From Promethearchaeia archaeon (GTDB lineage: Archaea > Asgardarchaeota > Lokiarchaeia > Sigyniarchaeales > SOKP01), in NCBI GenBank assembly GCA_029856105.1, contig JAHQWH010000226.1, positions 1 through 64,000 of the forward strand: 64,000 nucleotides of DNA, written 5' to 3'. How positions within the stretch are numbered: position 1 is the stretch's first letter; each line of letters opens with the position of its first letter. The position numbers and the translations under genes were made by a program. Positions 18,958 to 28,701 of this stretch are shown here, in pieces. Under the pieces are notes generated by a model. The model was not told the origin of the DNA and ran no database searches. It worked only from the letters and a program-made list of their open reading frames with translations.

Positions 18958-20328
18958 TTGAATGATAAAAACATTTTAAAAGAATTGGAAGATATTGTTG
19001 GGAAAGATTTTGCTTCGAATAGTTCGGGAGATTTATATATTTACTCCCAAGATCCGGGAGCATCAATCCCCCGCCCTGCAGATTTTGTAGTAATGCCAAA
19101 TACATCTAAAGAAGTCCAAGATATAATGAAACTAGCAAATCGAGAAAAAGTTCCAATAGTTCCGATGGGTGGTGGTTTAACGTTAAGTGGACTTGTAATT
19201 CCCGTAAAAGGAGGCATAGTTATGGATATGAAACGCATGAATAAAATAATTGAAGTTAACGAATTAAGTCGGTTTGCCCTTGTAGAAGCGGGTGTAACTT
19301 CAGGCCAACTTTTAGCGTATTTAAATGAAAATCATCCAAAGCTACAACCCCCAATTCCTGATGCACCTCCTTCAGTTACAATTGCGGGTAATGCGTTAAT
19401 TCATGGTTCTGGTTACTTATCTCAAAAATTTGGAGATCACGGCGCTATGATTAATGGATTAGAAGTTGTACTCCCTGATGGAGGACTATACAAATTAGGC
19501 TCTTGTGCGGTTTCAGATTATTGGTTTACGAGAGGACCCATTCCAGATTTTATAGGTTTATTTACTAGCTCATTTGGTACCTTAGGAATTGTTACAAAAC
19601 TCTCTATTAAACTATTTCCAAAACCCAAGATGCGAGATATAGTATTTGGATTATGTAAAGACCCAAATGTACTCCCAGAATTAATTTCAAACATAACATT
19701 TACGGATGTAGCCGAAGATATTTTACTAGGGATTCAAGATAAACCCGATTGGATGAAAGGCTATACATTTATTATCGTTTATATCACTGGTGAATCAGAA
19801 GAAGAATTAAATAATAAAACAAAAATCCTTAAGAAAATGTATCGCAAAGCAAAGTCTAGATACATGAAAGTTCCAAAAAGAATTGAAGATATATTTCTCG
19901 AAAAACCACAATTTGCAGCGAAAGCGGCAGACTTTAGGAAGGGAGGTGGCTTTGAATACGTTGGGGCCTTCATACCGCTCCAATTAATCCCGGAAATAAT
20001 TCAAATTGGCATAGATATTTCTTTAAAACACGGAATCGTACCTACCTTGGGCGCTAGACTTATAGGACAAGGTCATTCTGCGATGTTTTTTATATCCTAT
20101 TCTTTTAATCGGGCAGATCCAGAAGATATGAAAAACGCGCGAGAGGCATTACACGATACAGATAAAGCTGTGCTTGAAATTGGAGGAATTCCATGGAAAG
20201 CAGAAATAGTAGGGCAACAACTAATACTAGAAAAGATGGACCCTAATTACAAGAAACTTCTAAAAAGCATTAAAAATTTATTAGACCCAAATGGGATTAT
20301 GAATCCAGGAAATTGGGAGGTTAAATAA
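18958..20328 (+). CDS. FAD-linked oxidoreductase, GlcD/D-lactate dehydrogenase-like
   Basis: P.GGG.TLSG, VEAGV, GLEVVLPDG, GTLGIVTK, LDPNGIMNPG. Confidence 0.9.
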   Translation: MNDKNILKELEDIVGKDFASNSSGDLYIYSQDPGASIPRPADFVVMPNTSKEVQDIMKLANREKVPIVPMGGGLTLSGLVIPVKGGIVMDMKRMNKIIEVNELSRFALVEAGVTSGQLLAYLNENHPKLQPPIPDAPPSVTIAGNALIHGSGYLSQKFGDHGAMINGLEVVLPDGGLYKLGSCAVSDYWFTRGPIPDFIGLFTSSFGTLGIVTKLSIKLFPKPKMRDIVFGLCKDPNVLPELISNITFTDVAEDILLGIQDKPDWMKGYTFIIVYITGESEEELNNKTKILKKMYRKAKSRYMKVPKRIEDIFLEKPQFAAKAADFRKGGGFEYVGAFIPLQLIPEIIQIGIDISLKHGIVPTLGARLIGQGHSAMFFISYSFNRADPEDMKNAREALHDTDKAVLEIGGIPWKAEIVGQQLILEKMDPNYKKLLKSIKNLLDPNGIMNPGNWEVK

Positions 20329-21510
20329 ATGACTTTAAAAGTTGAACAAGATTGGAAAGACATAGTTCATAGGTGCTTCAGATGTGGATATTGTAAATTT
20401 ACCTATGATTATTCCGATTTTAATTGTCCTAGCTACAAAAAATTCCGATTTGAGACTTATTCCACAGGTGGAAGGTTGTGGTTAATTTACGGATTGATAA
20501 CTGGTGAAATCTCGTGGAGTCAAGATGTAGCCAATGTTCTTTACGCGTGCCCTACTTGCGGAAATTGTTCTGAAAATTGCAGATTTGATAAATTTAACGA
20601 TCTTCTGGTAGACATTATAGAAGCTGCTCGGGCAGAAGCAGTGGAAAAGGGTTTTTGTCCTGAGAGGCAAAAGGCTTTAATTGAACGCACAGATAACCCT
20701 GAGATGTACAATCCATATGGCGAACAAAATTCAGATAATGAAGATTTGAAGAAAGAATACGATTTACCAGATAAAGCAGAATGGGTTTATTATATCGGAT
20801 GTACATCTAATTATCGTCAAAAGAATTTAAGAGACGCTACTTTGAGATTCTTGAAGAAAGCTAATATCGATTTTACTTTAATCGACGAACATTGTTGTTG
20901 TAGCCCCGTAATGCGAACTGGTCAAATTAATTCTGTTAAAGACTTCATTAATTTTAATATTACTCAAATAAACAATGCGGGCGCGTCAAAGGTCATTACA
21001 TCATGTGCGGGCTGTTATCGTACGTTAAAAAAGGATTGGTTAAAATATGGTGCTGATTACAATTTTCAGATATATCATACAGTAGAATTAGTTAAGGAGC
21101 TATTAGACGACGGAAAATTAAAGTTTCAATCAGAATACAACAAAACAGTAACTTATCACGACCCCTGCCACCTTGGAAGACACATGGGTATCTACGAAGT
21201 TCCAAGAGAAGTGTACAAACAAATTCCAGGAATTAAACTTGTAGAAATGAAAAGAAATCGGGAAAACGCTTGGTGTTGTGGCGCTGGAGGTGGCGTAAAA
21301 ATAGGTTATCCAGAGTGGTCAGTTGAGATCTCAAAGGAAAGGCTAGAGGAAGCAAATACGACGGGAGCATCCGTTATATCGTCAGTATGTCCCTTTTGTA
21401 GAACGAATTTGAGCGACGCAAACGATAAATTCGATATGAATTTTGAAGTTATCGACTTAATTGAGATAATAGATAAATTAGACTTCGAAATTACCAATAC
21501 AAAACATTAA
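20329..21510 (+). CDS. Fe-S / CCG-domain protein (GlcF/HdrD-like), partner of the upstream oxidoreductase
   Basis: CFRCGYC and CPTCGNCSENC ferredoxin motifs; YHDPCHLGRH, WCCGAGGG, CPFC; start abuts the upstream stop. Confidence 0.9.
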   Translation: MTLKVEQDWKDIVHRCFRCGYCKFTYDYSDFNCPSYKKFRFETYSTGGRLWLIYGLITGEISWSQDVANVLYACPTCGNCSENCRFDKFNDLLVDIIEAARAEAVEKGFCPERQKALIERTDNPEMYNPYGEQNSDNEDLKKEYDLPDKAEWVYYIGCTSNYRQKNLRDATLRFLKKANIDFTLIDEHCCCSPVMRTGQINSVKDFINFNITQINNAGASKVITSCAGCYRTLKKDWLKYGADYNFQIYHTVELVKELLDDGKLKFQSEYNKTVTYHDPCHLGRHMGIYEVPREVYKQIPGIKLVEMKRNRENAWCCGAGGGVKIGYPEWSVEISKERLEEANTTGASVISSVCPFCRTNLSDANDKFDMNFEVIDLIEIIDKLDFEITNTKH

Positions 21511-21583
21511 TTAAAAGAATTTATTACCTCTTTTTGTTTTAAAATTATTATTAATTTTATTAGTAAATCATTAATTTGTAGAT

Positions 21584-22459
21584 GTGATTGAAATGAGGTT
21601 AGGTGCTCACATGAGCGTTACAGGAGGTAAGTACATGGCTCTTGAAAGGGGAAAGGAGCTTGGATGCGAATCTATTCAAGTATTTATAAGAAGTGTGCGC
21701 TCTTGGGCGGCAAAACCTTTAGTCCAAAGCGATATCGACGATTTTCTTAAAAAAAAGGAAGAATTAAAAGAAGAGATTTGGCCTGTCATCTCTCACAATA
21801 GTTATTTAATAAATTTAGCAAGTATCGATAATGAAAAATTGGAAAAATCTTATAATGCTATGCTAGATGAGCTTATTAAAGCTGATCAACTCAGTATCGA
21901 ATACGAAAACATACATCCTGGAGTTATTCCTATAAGCGATAAAAATGAAATCTCCAAAAAAGAAGCGTTAACTCAGATTACTAATCAATTAAATCAATTG
22001 ATGGTTGAAACTAAAGGTTCAAAAGTTATAATTTTGTTAGAAACTACCGCTGGGCAAGGTAAGGGTTTAGGTAATAAATTTTATCACTTAGCTACGATTA
22101 TAGATAAAATTAATGATAAAAGTAGAATTGGAGTTTGTTTTGATACAGCCCATTCATTTGCAGCAGGCTACGACTTTACTACCAAGAAAAAATATGACGA
22201 AATGTGGAATGAGTTTGACGATATTATTGGATTGAAGTATCTATTTGCTTTTCATTTGAACGACACTGAAAAAGATTTAGGTTCTAGAGTTGATCGTCAT
22301 ACTCACATAGGACAAGGAAAGATTGGCAAGGAAACCTTTGGATTCTTGTTAAATGATGATAGATTTAGAGATCATCCCGGAATTCTGGAGACGCCAAAAG
22401 GCAAAGATATGAAAGAGGATATTATGAATTTGAAAGTTCTTAGATCCTTAGTAAAATAA
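21584..22459 (+). CDS. nfo: Endonuclease IV (AP endonuclease)
   Basis: GAHMS, H.SYLINLAS, HPG, LETTAGQG, CFDTAH, HLND, DRH.HIG.G, ILETP. Confidence 0.95.
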   Translation: MIEMRLGAHMSVTGGKYMALERGKELGCESIQVFIRSVRSWAAKPLVQSDIDDFLKKKEELKEEIWPVISHNSYLINLASIDNEKLEKSYNAMLDELIKADQLSIEYENIHPGVIPISDKNEISKKEALTQITNQLNQLMVETKGSKVIILLETTAGQGKGLGNKFYHLATIIDKINDKSRIGVCFDTAHSFAAGYDFTTKKKYDEMWNEFDDIIGLKYLFAFHLNDTEKDLGSRVDRHTHIGQGKIGKETFGFLLNDDRFRDHPGILETPKGKDMKEDIMNLKVLRSLVK

Positions 22460-22470
22460 AATATCTTTGA

Positions 22471-22878
22471 TTAATCAAGAACATTAAACCATACAGGACT
22501 TTTATCGTTAACCAGACCATTATAATTTACTGTGAGTTCCTCACCTTCTTTAATCTCTCTAATAGCAGAGAACTCTATTGCTTTTATTTCATAATCATAT
22601 AAATATTTAATGTTAGGTTCAAAAGAGTGATTAATGAACTGAGATATACTGAGCGTTATAGCATTATCAAATTCTGGTTTGTGCTTGGGATCTTCCCAAA
22701 TATAGCAATAATCATATAGGACAGTTTTTTTAATTTTCTTATACTCCTTATTGGGAATTAAAATTACATTTGCTACATCAATTATAGTATTCTTTTTAAT
22801 ATCTTTCTTAGCAAACGCGCCTTTTCCTTTCCATTTTGAGATATTTCTTATCTTAATATACTCGTTCATAAAATACAC
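22471..22878 (-). CDS. Stand-alone SET-domain protein-lysine methyltransferase
   Basis: KGKGAFA..DI, FINHSFEPN, A.REIKEGEELTVNY. Confidence 0.9.
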   Translation of the reverse strand: MYFMNEYIKIRNISKWKGKGAFAKKDIKKNTIIDVANVILIPNKEYKKIKKTVLYDYCYIWEDPKHKPEFDNAITLSISQFINHSFEPNIKYLYDYEIKAIEFSAIREIKEGEELTVNYNGLVNDKSPVWFNVLD

Positions 22879-22895
22879 TAATAAAATTTATTCAA

Positions 22896-23483
22896 TTATT
22901 CAATCGAAGCATGACGCTTATCGATATCTTTCTCAGTGACTCCCAATAATTCCATTAATGTAGCTCCAATTGAATCTAATACTGTTAGCGTTGAGATGTC
23001 GAATAGAGTTGTGTAAGGTGCAAGTGTTTCCTGAGAAATCGCCTTATCCTTACTTTTACCTTCAATTTTAATTATAATATTTGATATTTTTCCTATAGTG
23101 CTTTCAGGATTATTTGTTAGGACCGCGATTTTTCCACCTATTTCTTTTGCTTTTCGCGCTATAGCAACGGGAGAAGTTGTTTCACCACTTCCACTTATTA
23201 TAATAAGTAAATCTTCTTTACTGTAACGATGAGTAATCGCATCGGAGACAAAACAAGAATTAACTCCTAAATGCATTAATCTTTGAGCAAAACAACGACC
23301 AATAAAGCCAGACCGCCCAGCCCCATAAATAAAAATCGTTCCATCGTTAGAATTAACTTGAGTAATCAAATCAATTAATTTTAAAACATGTGAAGCGTTA
23401 ATTGTTTTAGAATTTTTTATAATCTGATTTGCTATTTCAAGAATTGTATTTAAAAACCTTTCGCTTCCTTTATCGTAATTCAT
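22896..23483 (-). CDS. hxlB: 6-phospho-3-hexuloisomerase (SIS domain)
   Basis: GAGRSG..G..FA.RLMHLG, ISGSGET, C-terminal RHASIE; start moved to the ATG at 23483 (GAGGTG SD upstream) to avoid overlap with the upstream gene. Confidence 0.88.
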   Translation of the reverse strand: MNYDKGSERFLNTILEIANQIIKNSKTINASHVLKLIDLITQVNSNDGTIFIYGAGRSGFIGRCFAQRLMHLGVNSCFVSDAITHRYSKEDLLIIISGSGETTSPVAIARKAKEIGGKIAVLTNNPESTIGKISNIIIKIEGKSKDKAISQETLAPYTTLFDISTLTVLDSIGATLMELLGVTEKDIDKRHASIE

Positions 23484-23497
23484 ATTTTCACCTCTTT

Positions 23498-24769
23498 TTA
23501 TTCTCCTTTCGAAGATTCTGGACGTACACATCTTCTCCATTGCTCTACGCTCTCTTTAGGTCCTAAACTAATTAGTAAATCACCTACTTCAAAAACAAAA
23601 TCTGATTTGAAACTATATATCCATTTGTCTTTTCTTTTTAGAGCAATTATATGGAACCCTCGTTTATATCGTTGATCTTGTAATTCATCGTATGTTTTGC
23701 TTTTAAAGTAAGAATCTGCAGACAGTGTTTCTCGAACTACAATCTCAGCTGTTTCTTTAATCGCTTTCTGAATAATTACGTGTGGTTCAAACCCTTCTAA
23801 GATGGTTTCAGCTAAGTGAGCCGCAGCATCGGCTATTAATTCGCATGAAAAAACTATGCGCATAATTCCCGTCAGATTCCTTGGACTACCAACTAAATGC
23901 GCAAAATCTAGAAGATTCTTCTCGAAATTTATATTAAGCCCATCCATTAAGGCTTCCATTTCGATTACATCTTCAGCTAATTCATAGCTGTTAAAGAACA
24001 ATGCTGCAAGTGCCAATTCTATCATTGTTTCAGAAATATCTGTGATTATTACATAATCTCCTTTAAGTTCTTGAATCTCCTCAAATATTTCAGGGTTTGT
24101 GAGATCAAATTCAGGTTCCTTTTCTTCCTCATCAATATCGAAACAAATCTCCTCTTCGTCAAGAGTTAATTTCTTCAATTCTTTAATCGGTTCAAGCTCG
24201 CCTTTAATAATTAAGATGTCTCCTTTTTCAATTATGTCATTCTTATCAAATAACCAATTTTCGTTTCTTTTTATAGCAATTAAGTCGACTCCATGTTGTG
24301 ATCTAAAATGTATATCTTGGCGATTCATACCTATGAGTCTGCAATATTCTTTAACATTTATTTTTACTATTGGTTCAGGAACTTCGTCCCAAAAGAGTTG
24401 TGTAAAGTCAGATATATCGCTATTTATGTAAACTACACGGGCGATATCAGCAAGAGCGTCCGACATTTTATCAATTGAATAACCCATTACAACAATTGGC
24501 TCTAATCTCTTGGCTTCTTTAAACCCCCCAGTTTGTGTTTGAGTAATTTGTAAATTTAATAGAAAAGTTAACTCATGGATACGCTTTTCGATTTTAGTAG
24601 TTTCGTCTGCTATCTCTTTACTACCGAATTTAATCGCGCTATAGGCGAGATCAATCATTAGATCAATCTTTTGTTTCATCTCTCTCAAAATATCTTTTAG
24701 AGATATAGGTTGATATTGGAATTCTTTCTTCTTTCTTTTTTTTTCATGCGGCTTAATTGAATTTCTCAC
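23498..24769 (-). CDS. Tandem PhoU-like / TrkA-C (RCK-C) regulatory protein
   Basis: Two repeats of M.DLAYSA / MIELALAAL helical domain, each followed by IAIKR...W....GD.L...G. Confidence 0.8.
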   Translation of the reverse strand: MRNSIKPHEKKRKKKEFQYQPISLKDILREMKQKIDLMIDLAYSAIKFGSKEIADETTKIEKRIHELTFLLNLQITQTQTGGFKEAKRLEPIVVMGYSIDKMSDALADIARVVYINSDISDFTQLFWDEVPEPIVKINVKEYCRLIGMNRQDIHFRSQHGVDLIAIKRNENWLFDKNDIIEKGDILIIKGELEPIKELKKLTLDEEEICFDIDEEEKEPEFDLTNPEIFEEIQELKGDYVIITDISETMIELALAALFFNSYELAEDVIEMEALMDGLNINFEKNLLDFAHLVGSPRNLTGIMRIVFSCELIADAAAHLAETILEGFEPHVIIQKAIKETAEIVVRETLSADSYFKSKTYDELQDQRYKRGFHIIALKRKDKWIYSFKSDFVFEVGDLLISLGPKESVEQWRRCVRPESSKGE

Positions 24770-24785
24770 TCTCGTTTTTATATAT

Positions 24786-25337
24786 TTAAATAAATATTTG
24801 TATAAAAATTATAATAAACATAGGCGTTAGAAAATCTGCTAAAGATGTAACCATGGGGATTAAAAAATTATTGGGATCTTTACCTTTTTTAAAAATAAAA
24901 ATGGAACTAATAAATAATAACACAAACATCAAGCCGAAAAGGATCAAAATAGTAATAATTATAATAGATATTATCAACAACGGATTTACAATTTCTATTC
25001 CAGTTACTATTCCAAGTAAGTAACCTAAGCTTATTAATGCAACTAGGCTTAATAAAATTGTCATAAGTAAACCATAAAAATCTTGCTTTAATCTATCAGA
25101 AACTTGTATTTTTGGAGATAAAGTACCTAAATATAAGTGAGAAGTAAGGTGCGAAATTAAAACCGTAGAAATATCACCTATTAAAGAATTTAAAGAAGGT
25201 AAAACTAACAAAATGATTGGAAAAGAATATAAAATCTTTTCGTTATTGGATAAAAGCGTGCCGGAAAAAAGACCCATAATAGAACTAATAATAACGATTA
25301 TTATAGATTCTTTAAAGATCTTTTTGAAGTAATCCAA
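24786..25337 (-). CDS. MgtE/SLC41-type magnesium transporter membrane half
   Basis: LPSL....GDI; GKDPNNF.IP.VTSLADF. Confidence 0.8.
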   Translation of the reverse strand: MDYFKKIFKESIIIVIISSIMGLFSGTLLSNNEKILYSFPIILLVLPSLNSLIGDISTVLISHLTSHLYLGTLSPKIQVSDRLKQDFYGLLMTILLSLVALISLGYLLGIVTGIEIVNPLLIISIIIITILILFGLMFVLLFISSIFIFKKGKDPNNFLIPMVTSLADFLTPMFIIIFIQIFI

Positions 25338-25339
25338 AA

Positions 25340-25894
25340 TTACGGCACCCCCAGCATAATAATTGCTAAATAGAAGCTAATAACAGTAAGAAAATCATCA
25401 ATGGCTGTCATTATAGGATTAACAATGTTATTTGGGTCTAAACCGCGCTTAAACGCGAAGATATTTAGGAGGGTAGAACAAGGAATTGAAACTGATAATG
25501 TTAGTAAAATAGAAATTATTGGTATAACAATTAACAAACCAATATGAAAAATAAAGAGTCTAATTAATAAGAAGTTTAAAATAATACTTAGAATTCCAAT
25601 GGCGATCGCAGTTATTAAGGCTAGTGCATATGTTGCTATTACATTTTCAAACCAAGATTTTAAGTTAAACTCTCCAATAATTAAGTCTCTCGAAGTCCTT
25701 GCTATAAAAGGACCGCTTAAATTTCCCCTTAGCGAAAGCAAAGCAGGAATAATTAGAATAAGTATTAGAAAGCTCTCAAAAGAGACTATTAAAATAGAAA
25801 GAACGATTCCCGCGAAAATGTCTCCCACAATCGAAACCATCTCAGATGGAAAAGTTTCTTTAACAATTTTACCTTTTGTATCTCGAGCTTCCAT
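25340..25894 (-). CDS. MgtE/SLC41-type magnesium transporter membrane half
   Basis: PALLSLRGN; GLDPNNIVNPIMTAIDDF. Confidence 0.8.
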   Translation of the reverse strand: MEARDTKGKIVKETFPSEMVSIVGDIFAGIVLSILIVSFESFLILILIIPALLSLRGNLSGPFIARTSRDLIIGEFNLKSWFENVIATYALALITAIAIGILSIILNFLLIRLFIFHIGLLIVIPIISILLTLSVSIPCSTLLNIFAFKRGLDPNNIVNPIMTAIDDFLTVISFYLAIIMLGVP

Positions 25895-26136
25895 ATGTCA
25901 TCATCGTCGTCAGATGAATTTAAAGATAAACTTTCGTTCATATTCTTAATAATTAATTAAGATTCTAAAATATTTAAAATTTTTTGAATGATTCTTTAAA
26001 ATTTGTAAGTATATAAAAATCTAAATAAAGAATTTAATCAATTTAGTAAAAAAATATAGAATTCTATCTTTTTTAAATAGGAAATTAGTTGCAACTAAAT
26101 TGATATTAAAAAAAAATAAAAAAAAGATTGATTAGG

Positions 26137-28563
26137 TTATTGAAATTTCTTTGTTTTTTTTAGGTAAATCATTACTAAACCGATCGTACTCATTGAGAGA
26201 ATTCCAAGAGTTAGTAATAGAGGGTATCCGGGGATACCTCCCGGAGTTGTATCGCTGCCTATATATACGTATGACATCGCCATAATAATTGAGATCGCAC
26301 CTGAGCTACCTTCTACTGGAAATTTGATAGTCAAAGAATTATCAGCGTAATCATAAACAAACATATCCGCTGCTTCCGGAGGAGCTGCTTCCCATTGGTT
26401 ATTACCACTCATGTTCCATGCCCAAAAGGTAAGGTTATAGTTATTTAGGTCAAAAGTATCATCAAATTTTATGTAGAATGTTAAGTTCTCTAATCCCGTA
26501 CTGTTGCTAATTAAAAGATCGTTATAATAAAGGACCGTTCCATTGGTGATCGAAGTATTTGTAGGATTATAAGCTAAAAGCGCATTTATTACTTCTATAC
26601 CGGTATTGTTAGTAATGATTTCAATATTATTTACTGCTATTTCACTTACAGCATCACTGTTGACGGAAATACTGTTTGTTCCAGAATGGAGCGTTTCGTT
26701 ATGCATTGGATATAATGTCATATACATCCAATCAGTGTCGTCTCCACCAGGCATGTTCATCCAGCCTCCCATAAATGTTATTTGACCTGTAGATATGTCT
26801 ATATATGTATCATATTCTTTGTCAAGCGTTGAATTTCTAAGATTAGCGCGACCTTCAGTGAATGTCATCTCATCAAACACGCTGCTTAACATTCTTAAGA
26901 GATCCTCAAAATCTTCTCCCGTAAAACCTAGAGGTATAAATAATGGAGGAGATGTGCCCCCAAACATAGCGGTAGGTGAGATCGGCCAATATGTATTTGC
27001 TTCAAGGAACAAATCGTCTCCTTTATATTGCCAAGTTCCTGTTTCTTCATCAAATTCTTCAAAATCAGCAATGACTACCTTAAAGAATTGCAATTCAGGT
27101 TGTCCAGGTATTGTCATGAAGAGTCCACCGCTATCCTGTTCCCATTCTGTCAAATTAGCGAATTCACCATAAGTAGCGATAATTGTTGCTCTCAAATATA
27201 TCTCACCGTCTCGAGAATTTTGTTTATAATAAATAACATCGCCTATTTCAACATCCCATTCGACTAACGTCATGTTTTTTATCTCGTAATATATTAAATC
27301 TGAACCATCCTGCATTAAAAATGATTGAGTTATTCCAGTTGATTTTTCCATTACAATTTTAACTATAGAATTACTCGAAGAATTTTGCATTATAAATTCA
27401 AAATTACCATTCTCAAGTAAAATAACCTCAGTAAATGGCATTTCCATGATATGTAAGGTGTCAAGGTTCCACATAAATTCTATGTCTTCTCTAAGTGTAT
27501 TATTGGGAACGAGTAAGTTGAACATCGAGGATCCAGATCCAAAATACTGGGGATAAAAATTATTTGCAATCCCAATAGGAATATCAGAATCTTCTAAAGA
27601 ATATTTTGTTCCGTCCCATTCTGAAATGTTAGCATAAACTACTTCGAAAATCATTGGAATCGTTTCTTCAGAGAAACTGTTATATGTTTTCGGGAGCATT
27701 ATCTCTGTAATATCAGTAATATAAAATTCGAGATCGTAATAATTACCTTCTTCTGTAAAATCGTAGTGTATAGTGTCTCCAATATTTACGCCCCATTCAA
27801 TTTCGTCTATGATGTCGTAATCATAAACTCTCTGCATTGTGAAGTTAAATAACATTGGATCTGGCATGTAGACCATAATATATCCATCAGCATATTCTGC
27901 AACGCCATTTGTTGAACCAAATTCCACATAGACATAAAAATCATCAGTCGTATTTGTAAATGTAATGCTATCATCCCCCGTATTGGATGAATAACTATCA
28001 AATTGATTGAATGGTCCCATAGAAAGAGGGTTATATAACGATTCGTTAAGGATATCTGCTAGTACATCGACTTCTAAATTGTTTGATCCATTTAAGGGAA
28101 GTATGTATGGAGCTGCACTCATCCATGCTCGGTATTTATGATGAATGGAATCTGAATTATTATATCCAAAAAGAGCGAATTCCTCGGGAGAACCATACGG
28201 TTCTAATTCGTCGGTTGTAAGATTATAATAACATTGAGCAGCGTTTACCCGGGAAAATTCGTTTAAACCTAAATAATCTATAGTAACATTTTCAATATAG
28301 GTTATGTTATAAATAAAAATGTCTCTAAACATCATGGTAACCTCTCCGCTTGACGCGTTTGTCATTACAATCTCAATTTCCCAATAAAGTTCCTCTCCAA
28401 CATCTACGCCCCAATGCCAACCGTTATTTGCGTGTTCTTCTGGGACATATGGTCCAGCTTTAATCGTCGTAACCAGAAAGCTCAAATTTATAGCTATAGT
28501 TAATCCTATAAGCAAAACTAAGATTGCGTGTTTTTTTGTTCTAAAATTATTCATAAATTTCAA
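26137..28563 (-). CDS. Acidic secreted glycoprotein-like surface protein, three internal modules, Loki-CTERM-type anchor
   Basis: Signal peptide; WGVDVGE / WGVNIGD / WDVEIGD repeats; many NxS/T sequons; C-terminal GIPGYPLLLTLG..KKTKK. Confidence 0.8.
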   Translation of the reverse strand: MKFMNNFRTKKHAILVLLIGLTIAINLSFLVTTIKAGPYVPEEHANNGWHWGVDVGEELYWEIEIVMTNASSGEVTMMFRDIFIYNITYIENVTIDYLGLNEFSRVNAAQCYYNLTTDELEPYGSPEEFALFGYNNSDSIHHKYRAWMSAAPYILPLNGSNNLEVDVLADILNESLYNPLSMGPFNQFDSYSSNTGDDSITFTNTTDDFYVYVEFGSTNGVAEYADGYIMVYMPDPMLFNFTMQRVYDYDIIDEIEWGVNIGDTIHYDFTEEGNYYDLEFYITDITEIMLPKTYNSFSEETIPMIFEVVYANISEWDGTKYSLEDSDIPIGIANNFYPQYFGSGSSMFNLLVPNNTLREDIEFMWNLDTLHIMEMPFTEVILLENGNFEFIMQNSSSNSIVKIVMEKSTGITQSFLMQDGSDLIYYEIKNMTLVEWDVEIGDVIYYKQNSRDGEIYLRATIIATYGEFANLTEWEQDSGGLFMTIPGQPELQFFKVVIADFEEFDEETGTWQYKGDDLFLEANTYWPISPTAMFGGTSPPLFIPLGFTGEDFEDLLRMLSSVFDEMTFTEGRANLRNSTLDKEYDTYIDISTGQITFMGGWMNMPGGDDTDWMYMTLYPMHNETLHSGTNSISVNSDAVSEIAVNNIEIITNNTGIEVINALLAYNPTNTSITNGTVLYYNDLLISNSTGLENLTFYIKFDDTFDLNNYNLTFWAWNMSGNNQWEAAPPEAADMFVYDYADNSLTIKFPVEGSSGAISIIMAMSYVYIGSDTTPGGIPGYPLLLTLGILSMSTIGLVMIYLKKTKKFQ

Positions 28564-28701
28564 CTCTTAATTGTTTTAGATTTTTGTTAAAAATACTTAC
28601 TAAGCTTTAATATGGAAACTTAAGTTTAAAAATTCTTGCACAAAAAGCATGAATTAAGAAATTGTACAATCTTGTTAATAATAAAAAGATAATAAACTCA
28701 A

